Below are positions 53,791 to 64,000 of a stretch of DNA of 64,000 bases, one piece after another. The stretch spans positions 1,356,247-1,420,246 of the forward strand of contig NC_068992.1 in assembly GCF_001194135.2 (NCBI RefSeq), written 5' to 3'. The translations under genes and the position numbers were made by a program. This stretch comes from Octopus bimaculoides (taxonomy: Eukaryota). Under the pieces are notes generated by a model. That model was not told where the DNA came from, did not search any database, and saw only the letters and a list, made by a program, of their open reading frames with translations. The stretch's first letter is position 1. Each line of letters opens with the position of its first letter.

Positions 53791-55157
53791 TATATCACTA
53801 CCTTGCAAAGTCATTCAAACCAGCAATCAAACGCGACACGGCGCACTCGAGGAGAGAGTTATTGTTTTCTCTGAAAAATATTTTCTCACGATCAGCCGCT
53901 AAGCAAACGATGTACCATCTTAGAAACATAGGAAGGAATTAATGCCCAAATAATTTCAGATTTGATTATTATCTAAATCGTGAATTAGGTTCACCTCGTG
54001 CATTCTTAATTATCGAAGTTACACAATGGTGGTTTCTTTCATATGTTGATTATTTATGAAATTTTCTATATTACAGCTCGTTTCATTGATTTTTATTTCT
54101 TAAAAGAATTATTCTGTTACGATTTAAATGAAGATATCAGATTAATATGAATATAGCAATATTAATGTAGGAAAGTTAACGAAACAATAAATACTATTTA
54201 CGAAATGTAGTTTTACTTCTTTTTCAATAACTTGAAAACGTAATTAAAAACTATTAAATATATTCATTAGATTCTCCACAAGATATCTGTATTTCTATTT
54301 CTTTGTTATTCTTTACTTTCAAATATTTTATTTTACTTTTTGTCATAAAAAATAGTAAAATGGAGAGAAAAATAATAATACCAACTTGTATAATACTTGA
54401 ATTATTCTATATTGAAAATGGTTAACCTTAACGTTTGAATTTTGTATATTTATTTGTTAATTTAGTTGTTTATTCGCATTTAATTAGATGCTTGCAATAG
54501 TCTGAGTATTTTGTATTTAATTGTCAAGCACAAAATCTTTTGTACGGCTACGCCATTTACCTAAAAGTGAGATGCTAAATGTTCCATGGTTTTTATGTTT
54601 ATGCAATCAAAGTTTTCCGATTGTAATTTGCTGCAAATATGTCAGTGATTAAGAACTTCACACTCTCCGACGAGGAACATGCATTGAGGATAATTTCTCG
54701 TTCCTTATGTGTAATTTCTGCTTGAGATGTGTTCATTTCTTCTAAGTAGAGATGTTAAAAAAAAAAACAATCATTTCAGTTTCTCTAGCTTCCATGGATA
54801 TATCTGCTTTTGTGTACCAGAAATAATCTAATCAATACGTAAGATTTATTGCCTTTAAAAATATATTTACTTTCCTGGTGCTTACATATGTGGGTATCAG
54901 AGTAGCACATGAGAGAAGGTTTGCACATAAGAGTGCATATAACATGCTGGATAGATATCACATGAAGATAAAAATAGCGAGTCATATAATATGATTCAGT
55001 GTAACAGCATTAGCGATTATCTTACTGTAATATTAATAATTTTCTGAATATATCAGATAACATAAAAGCAGAGAGAGACACTTGCTTTGACGTGGTACAT
55101 GGCTGTCGTGTAAAAGTAATACAAAAAGGCATGAATATTAAGAAATGATAAACACTA

Positions 55158-55192
<35 letters not shown>

Positions 55193-55961
55193 AAGGGGGC
55201 GGGAGAGATAAAGAAAAGGAGAAAGAGAGAGGGGGTAGAAAGCGAGAAATTTGTGTGAAGCAGATATAATCTGATCTTCTATAAACGAAGTCGCAAGAAC
55301 AACGCACTTACACACACAAACACGCAGGAAAAGAAAATGAGCGAACAGAAATAATACTGACTGGCCTGTGGCATGCATTTGGACAACAAACATCAATAAG
55401 GGTACATTAAATTCCATACAAGAGAAATTCTTATTAAATTATTTCTACTTCAAAAAATTTTGATTAACCTTCAAATAGTCATCAAGTGAAGACCTAGCAT
55501 AATTCATCTGTTCTGTTTGTTTCCTATTGTCTTTATTCTGCTCACAGTAATTTACCCTCCATGAATATACACATACCACAAAGCTATTGCGTGCTTTAAT
55601 AAACATAATACGCACAACAACTGTCCTGGGCACTTAAACATATCGAAAATGTGTAGAACACACACACATACACCGGTTTAGATATATTCATACAGTTCTT
55701 TATTCTCTACGCTTGCGAAACCGAATGTCTTCTAAAAATGACTTCAGTCCTACCATCAAATCATCGATACAGACAACAAACAATTTCAATTTTGCCACTG
55801 TCAGTTTTAAGCTTCGATTTATTTAAGATGAATACTCAAATTAATAAATGAAATTACATAAAGCTCTATAGAAATGTGACAGATTAAAAACATATATCGA
55901 TCAGCATCCTTCTGCTATATAATATAAATTATATAATTACTATAATATTTTATATATAAAT

Positions 55962-56540
55962 NNNNNNNNNNNNNNNNNNNNNNNNNNNNNNNNNNNNNNN
56001 NNNNNNNNNNNNNNNNNNNNNNNNNNNNNNNNNNNNNNNNNNNNNNNNNNNNNNNNNNNNNNNNNNNNNNNNNNNNNNNNNNNNNNNNNNNNNNNNNNNN
56101 NNNNNNNNNNNNNNNNNNNNNNNNNNNNNNNNNNNNNNNNNNNNNNNNNNNNNNNNNNNNNNNNNNNNNNNNNNNNNNNNNNNNNNNNNNNNNNNNNNNN
56201 NNNNNNNNNNNNNNNNNNNNNNNNNNNNNNNNNNNNNNNNNNNNNNNNNNNNNNNNNNNNNNNNNNNNNNNNNNNNNNNNNNNNNNNNNNNNNNNNNNNN
56301 NNNNNNNNNNNNNNNNNNNNNNNNNNNNNNNNNNNNNNNNNNNNNNNNNNNNNNNNNNNNNNNNNNNNNNNNNNNNNNNNNNNNNNNNNNNNNNNNNNNN
56401 NNNNNNNNNNNNNNNNNNNNNNNNNNNNNNNNNNNNNNNNNNNNNNNNNNNNNNNNNNNNNNNNNNNNNNNNNNNNNNNNNNNNNNNNNNNNNNNNNNNN
56501 NNNNNNNNNNNNNNNNNNNNNNNNNNNNNNNNNNNNNNNN
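55962..56540. other. Assembly gap beside (TA)n
   Basis: Run of N. Confidence 1.
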
Positions 56541-56583
<43 letters not shown>

Positions 56584-57578
56584 TATTCATTGTAGTACTA
56601 ACTGCAGTTGAAGGAGAAACAAAAATTAGGGCTTCGTGATGTGGCGGCTGTTGTGACTCATTTCGTATATGTTTCTAACCCCTATTTTCTTAACAACCCA
56701 CTCCGTCTTAATCTAAACAAAATATAATGGATTATTCAGAATCGGAATTTTGGAGGCAATTTGCATATCAGCGGGATTAGCAAAAATCTTTTTATCGTTT
56801 TTAAGTTGCTGTTGAACTTGCCGGAAATTAGATGCATTGAGTTGCAAGATGTTTTGCAGAAGGGCAAATTCACATTTTTCCATTATTATTTACCGATAGT
56901 ATTCATTTTTTTTTGTTCGGTTGTTAATATACTTAGAATGCTTGAGTGGGAAGTGGGGAATATTTTGGTTTTATGAATTATTAATATCATAGAATCACAT
57001 CAAAAGCTAAATCACAATTGGAAGCCCTGCTAGATAATAAACACCCGTTATGTTTGCTGAATGATCTGTAAATAACATCTCCATACATAAAATGAAGTTA
57101 TGTTTACAATAGATTAAATATTGTTTGCACAGCTTTCCATACGAGAAAGCATTAATAAGATTAAACTTACAGATATGCTTTGAATCACATGGAGAAATCG
57201 AAGACATAATAATTCTTAGGTAGTGATATATAACTTAAAGCAAAGGAATTCGAAATTCAAAATACGAATAGATTTAAATATACTGTGAAACATATATCAG
57301 GAGTTGTCCAGAATATAAAACTTTAATTTCAATATGAAGTGAAAAGGAACGTATAGAGATAAATAAAATTGTGTATAATATAAAGCGCGTGTGAGTGAAA
57401 GCTATGCGTTAAATGTAACTTGCAATCATGTCAAGTGTTGAATAATTTCTAATATCATTTGAACAAAACATAGAACTTTACACTTTGTCTTGATTTTAAA
57501 ATTTTACGTTAACCAAATGAATTAGGTCAAAGCTTAGACTATTCCCAAAGGTGTCATGATATAAACACAATTGTGAAA

Positions 57579-57619
<41 letters not shown>

Positions 57620-60600
57620 ACACTGTTCTTTAATAGTCACTTTAGAGGAGTTAAAAGTATTGGTTTCTTATATGAGCTCAGAAAGATAAGTTTCATATTT
57701 CTTTCCAGATTATTGCTCCAACGAAAACCGTGAATAATCATGGTCTCTGGGATGTTACTACTGATAGGATAAATTACTTAAATGACTTGTTTGTTACGAA
57801 GATGCGGCGTCATAAATATGTTTCAAATCAGTCAGTAACGATTGACTATTTACTATAAATTTAGCTGTACATATTTTATGGAAGTTAGGTATAGACAGGA
57901 AAAATATCGATATTCATGGGATTTAAACATGGAACTAAGAGCAAATTAAATTTGTTGTCAGTGCTCTATGTTTGTCCGATATTTTTAAATATCTATTTGT
58001 ACAAATATATATTGATTCCATCTAATTAAACATTATAGTCCATATATCGGCGAGATATTCAATGATATTGCTCTCTTGTTCCAAATTTATTAAGCACATA
58101 ATTGATAGGTATTTTTCTAAATAGTCTGAAATGCCTTCTGACAGCTTTGGTCAATATATTTATTAAATAATCTTTAGAATAATCACCACATATTTAATTG
58201 AGTTTATTGAGAGGAATCATGTTGGGTTTGGATAATATTAATAGCAGGTCTGCGATAGTTGCTTAGTAGGTATGCTTCAGCAAAGAACAAAATGATTCGC
58301 AGTTCAAATTCAGGACGATTTAAACTGAATAGTGTATTTCTGTGCAAATGCTACTGGAATAAAATTAGCCTTCTTGTCCTTTAGTGTACAAGGCAAATAA
58401 TGGAACATTAGTCATTTTAAGAGACACTACTTCATCGTTACAAAGCTAGGTTTGATTGTTTCGACCATAATGTTCTTAATAATATCAAATTTGCCCACAT
58501 TAAATAGGTACTAACGCAATATAGCTCTTGTCTGTTTTTCAGTTATCATTAATTGGATTATTTACTATTATTTTCGAATTTCCCGTCGCTAAAATGTCGT
58601 GTGGTGATAGTTCCTTCAAAAATGTATCTAATGTTCCATCCCATGTATCATTATTTAAAGAGTTAAAGAATATTCCAAGCAAACTTAATGTACATCTATC
58701 TATGAAAATTCCCTTCTGATTACTGAAGGGAATAATTATGATTAAGATCTTTCTTTCGTATTCTAATTTTAAATATAAAACTCAAACTATCAAAAATTCA
58801 ATAAATGGTGTCTACCCACCAAAAAATCGATACTATAATTTTGCCATATCATTAGAGAATTGCGTCTGTGAGATCAATATTGTTTCTTCCAATAATTTAT
58901 AGTTACTGGGAATAACCCGGCTTTGGAATTTTCCCTACTGACCGTACCATGTAATCTCCAAGAAATGTACCCAATCGGAAGGCAATTACGTCAGCCATAG
59001 CGGTGTCAATTATAATAAGTTAATTATAATACACTGATTATTGCACCTTACCACAACCATACATCCATATACGTACGTCTGATTCCACGATGCAGGTGTT
59101 TCAAATTTCAAGGTGTTATGACAGTTGAAACAAGTTATGGTAGTTGGAGTGAATATATGTTAGCGTCTGATCTAACAATCTTTAGAAGAGTAAGTGCATT
59201 CAAGAGGAATAAATACATATCTTGAGGAAGTCAAATAATTGAATGTCACAATATTCATCATCTGATTGTCTTCTTAAACTTCCCTCGGTGGTTTGAACGA
59301 AACGAAGAAAGGTCAGGTGTGAAGGAAGGAAAGACATACTGGAAACGAGCAAGAGATTCTTGGCGTAGTGTGTCACGGATGTTTAGGACATGGGAATTTG
59401 AGCACTAAGAGGTGGAAAAAATAATGCCAGAACAGGAAAGAGCTCATAGTGCAAAGGAACCGTCAGAAGTGGAACCACGAAGAAGGCAGTAGGGCTTTCT
59501 CATAGAATGAAATTTCAAAGGTTAAAGTAGAACGATTGTAAATTACCCTTCGTCGTGTACAAGAGAAAATCAAGTAGAAATCCTGACGAGTTGAAATAGG
59601 AAAAAGAGAAATTGACGCCAAAGAGATTGGAATTCAGATAGATTTGACACATAGCATATTGCAGCATAAATCCTATTTTCTACATCTGTGCCGTTTCGAT
59701 GCTAGTAATTACAACTTTATCCTTCCAATGATTGCATCTTGGCTTCGTTTACTGTTGACACATTCTCAGTTTCGATCGAACTGAGAAACTGAAGCGAACT
59801 CCTCAAACGCTTATTCAATAACAAAATATTGCGACACATATCCAACATATAATGGCTACTATTACAGTCGAATAGAATTAAATAGCGGAAAGAATTAGTT
59901 TTACAATCTTTTAAAATTAAATAATCAAAATGAAACCTCTCTAATAACGAACTCTCTACAAAGATCAGTAATGTTCTCCAATCTCCCCAATATTTAGGAT
60001 GTTTCGTTGCCGGTATATGCAAATGAATGTAAACGTGTTCATAATTTTTCTTTCATTTTGTCATGAGCTGTGCATTGCCAAGTGCCATAGCTGTGTCTTT
60101 TTCCATCACGTTTAGCCCTAACCTTACTGCTCGAAATAAACGACTTTGTGCTAATTATACACTACATCAGGTTTTATGGAAAAGACGAGAACATGACCTC
60201 AAGTATACGACGGAATATCAAATGCACAAGTGTCTAACAAGTTATTTCTGAAATGTTATAAGTAAGCATATTTGCATTCAATCGAAGTCATAAGTTTTGG
60301 CAACTACACAGATAATACACTGACATACACTCGCCAACTGTATTTGTGTGAGAGAGTATTAGCACGTGTATGTGAACACATTTCTGTGTGTCCATGTCCG
60401 TATATACTCATATATGCTGTGAACGATATAGAAATATGAATGGTGTGCTATAGAGTGTTGACATGTCGTTGATAGGCGAATACGGGTTCTAGAAATAACT
60501 GGAAAGTCTAAACGGATATGTGATCGTATGATAATATTGAATCCCCTTCCGTCTTTCAGAATATTTTATTTTTAGTTGATATTTTCTCCCTCGTAACATA

Positions 60601-62879
60601 TCAAGTGATGTTTGAACGAAATAATCTGACACACAGAAATGGCCAATGTTTTCCCTTGTTGAAGTATCTTCTTATATGGACATATATTCAGCTGTCCCTG
60701 CTTTCCAAATCAATCAGTGTGCAAGATTAACAAGCAGCATTTAGTCTTTTCAAATATGTGATCTGAAATTATATCGTATGATGATGTGTGGCCACAAGGG
60801 AACGTGTAAGTTTAGTAGACCTAGAAATGCTTATAAAATCTTGAACTATAAATTGTTGCCTGTCATTGAATCGTCAGAGAATAATCGCTGAAGTATACAC
60901 AACAAACTTAAGTTGATGTTTCCATGATTATAGACACAAGAACTTGCATAACATTATTCACGTTGCTAGTTCCCTTTGAAAGGTAATAAAACCCACACAA
61001 TTTTATTCTTTTCCACTACAGTACTTGATATTTTCAGTACAAAATCAATATCATTAGTATATTTTATGCGATCCAAAATATGCATGTTAAAGGAAAAATA
61101 TACATTAATCCAAAGCAATATATACGATTTTGACAAGGTTTGTGTGCAAATTATTGTTAAGATATTAAAATATGTCTATTTTATGCAAAAACACAGCGTA
61201 AATAAGAAGAACCAAAACACAAACGAAAAGAAAAAAGAAAGTGAAAAACCAGAGAGCCTCAATAGATTTGAAAAAACAAAATCTTGGTTTCGAATCTTCT
61301 CAGTTAGTTTGCGTTGTGTATAAAAGCATATTATTTAACAATTAGTGAGGAGCCTTTAAAATAACTCATATCCAAATTATATTATCCACTAACACGAAAG
61401 CTACAAGCATTTTATACAGCGGTTGACCAGTCTTGTTGATTGGGACAGGAAGATTTAAGTGACAACTGGTGTATATATTTTACTGGAGGGTGGGACGAAA
61501 TAGCATACGACCTCCATGTGAAATGCTTATAAAACTATAATAGAATTTGTTATGACATTTCTTCCCTCGATTATCACCACATAAACTACATAGATAGCAA
61601 TCTCAATTGTTATATTTAAATTTATTTCATGCCTTCTAATTCATTTTGGGATGTTCATAGGCAAATCAAGGAAAGGTAATTAGGCTCCATTAAGGTGCTG
61701 GTTTAATTTGTGGTTACTATATACAGCAGCTGCTCAATGGTGTTTATTAAGAAAGAAAGTGGAGTTACTCTTCTTGACCTTTCTGGACTCCATGTTGTCT
61801 CTAGATATCCATACCTTAACTAGTTGCTCATAGTAATATAGGAAGGTGACAACAAGACTTTATTCAGCAATGTAATTGATATTCCTGACATTTAAGTTCG
61901 TATTGTTTGGTCTCAAAACTTGTGATTAAATGTGTAGGGAGAACCACGTTTCAGTAATGCAGCCTTAGTTCTTTTATCTGAATACTTGGTTATAAAAATA
62001 CAGTACATTTTCGCGTAAGGCTTAAATCTAGATTGATTTCTCCCGTTTTTGTGTGTATGTAGGGGGGAGAACTTATTTTAAGATGCTAATTGAGCGAGAG
62101 ATTGAAAATATTGACGTTCCGTAAAAAGAGAGACATGTTAGTTAGCTTTTCCTCCTCTCTAGGATAAGATCCATCAGGAAAGTGATATTTTCTGTCTTTA
62201 AACAATTTGAAAAATAGTTTGCTTTTGGTTTGTTTTTTTAATTTTATGCAAAATATAATGGTTCGGTTGACATGCATTTTATTTTACTAGAAGAAAGAAA
62301 AATAGCAAAGTAGGTAGGAGCAAATGCGAAACATATTTTGTCTACGTTTATCTCGTCTTGATTCGATTGGAAAATTGATTACGTGTAAATATTCAAATAC
62401 ACTAAAGGTTATAAAGAAAAAGAACGCCGATAATTTTGAAGAATATTAATTTATATGCTCTTTAGTAATGTTTTCTGTGACTTTGCTTCCAGGCTTTAAT
62501 GTCTCGATCTGGCAACAATTTTTGGAATGTATGCCACTATGTGCATTGGACCCTTACTTCAATCGAGAAGCAGTTCAGCTTATTATTCATTTGTTGGCGT
62601 TAATAAGTTAAACCATTTATGAGACACTCAACACTCAAGATTCGCGTGTTAACTGCCAATGAATCAAAACAGAAAATGACTCGAAGTTAAAAATCACTCT
62701 GGGTAATTTAATAGAGAATTGAGTAAAACTTATTTCCACCAAGCTAGTAACAATATATGGACATAAATATTGATTCATGTTAAATAATTTCAAAGTCAAA
62801 ACTTCAAGAATGAGAAGAATTTGCTGACCATTGCATAGATTGATTGCCAGGAATCATTGAACAGTTATGCTTTACGTGA

Positions 62880-63110
62880 ATCTTGGGTACATGGACTAAA
62901 CAATTTTAATAAAGATTTTATATGAGATTATGAAGAGAACAAATACACAAAGACAAGCTTGAAGAGAGAAAAATTAACAAGATTCAGAAAACTCTTGATA
63001 TATATAAGATGAAAAGATAAAGCTAAAGGCATTGCTACAGACATTTAAAAAATACTTAGGAATAAATAATCTAGATGAACTACAGTACATACAAAGGAAA
63101 GTAAAGTTTG
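62880..63110 (+). mobile_element. Old R4/Dong-type RT fragment
   Basis: YMD* (62888-62899, YMDD-like), FNKDL, LKREKLT (MKRGKL-like) and TFKKYLGINNLD (YKYLGILExD-like) in order. Confidence 0.35.
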
Positions 63111-63879
63111 GGAAGAATGTCTTATGCACATTAGATTAATCTTTTCTGAATGCAAAATACAATAAAGCAACAATACTTTTGTGCATTCACTGATAATTTA
63201 TGATTATCAATATTTGATTTTTATATTCGTCAAAATATGTTATACATGAAAAACAAAAATACATGAGTATTATACTGCCAATGTGCTTGTAAAGTAACTT
63301 CATAAAATATTCCTGGACAACCATAAACAATTACATCGTTTATGTTCGACAACCAAACGGTAAACAAGGAAGGAGGAATTGGTTGATTTAGTTTACCGAC
63401 TAATGGTAAAGTTCCGTAAGAGAATATAATAAACTGCACAAAGAAATTTATATAAATAAATTTTGCATGCATAAATTTAAGATGCATGCGGTAAAGAAAA
63501 TCAACTTCAACAATATGACATTACAAATCCGAGTTGATCATAGGTAACGGAAAAAGTTGCATAGTGACAACGTTAGTTATGTCAAGACCTAAACACGATA
63601 AACTTTCAACATTATCAAGATTACAAATTTTTGTTTAATCTTTAGAAAAGAGTTGATAATAATGAATTTAAAAGACCTAGAGAAATCGCTTCCTGAAGAT
63701 GTTTGTACATGTGAAAGGTGATTTTCCCTGGAGTGCAGAATACTAAACACAATTTATGAAAATTTTCAAAACGTTCATAACAGCGATAATTAGCTCATAC
63801 AATAATATTGATAATTTATAGTTATAATACCGCAATAAAACAAATGACGTTTTGCATAAATGTGGGTGTTTTTGTGCGT

Positions 63880-63955
63880 GTACATACATATATGCATGTA
63901 TGTATGTATGTATGTATGTATCTCTCTTTCTTTCTCTCTCTCTCTCTCTCAATAT

Positions 63956-64000
<45 letters not shown>
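63880..64000. repeat. (TATG)n/(CT)n/(TA)n microsatellites
   Basis: Directly visible. Confidence 0.97.

Noticed and set aside
55940-56590. Long ORFs of 216 aa here and 135-166 aa at 41717-42255
   Set aside because: Composed of N-gap codons.
57709-57858. Strong acceptor followed by about 50 open codons
   Set aside because: No good donor and no recognisable peptide.
59717-60022. 101-aa minus-strand ORF
   Set aside because: No recognisable motif; compatible with chance.

Overview
This is strongly AT-rich eukaryotic non-coding DNA with six assembly gaps, five of them abutting (TA)n tracts. The SINE families, microsatellite load and gap pattern resemble an octopus (coleoid cephalopod) short-read assembly; that assignment is inferred from recalled repeat sequences, not from a search. 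I found no intact protein-coding gene, rRNA, tRNA or CRISPR array, and nearly all supplied ORFs are microsatellite or N-run artefacts or chance ORFs. The recognisable content is decayed transposons. These are three clear R4/Dong-type non-LTR fragments next to (TAA)n repeats, two Helitron remnants, about 13 copies of three SINE families, and weak Penelope-like, mariner, Crypton-like, Sola-like and Gypsy-like remnants. The most unusual observation is a hammerhead-ribozyme-like motif (GAAAC-TGA-GTA / 6-bp hairpin / CTGATGA) in a direct-plus-inverted repeat complex at 19985-20861, but it lacks a convincing stem II. Nothing here is strong evidence of a new biological system. All protein-family calls come from by-eye motif comparison.
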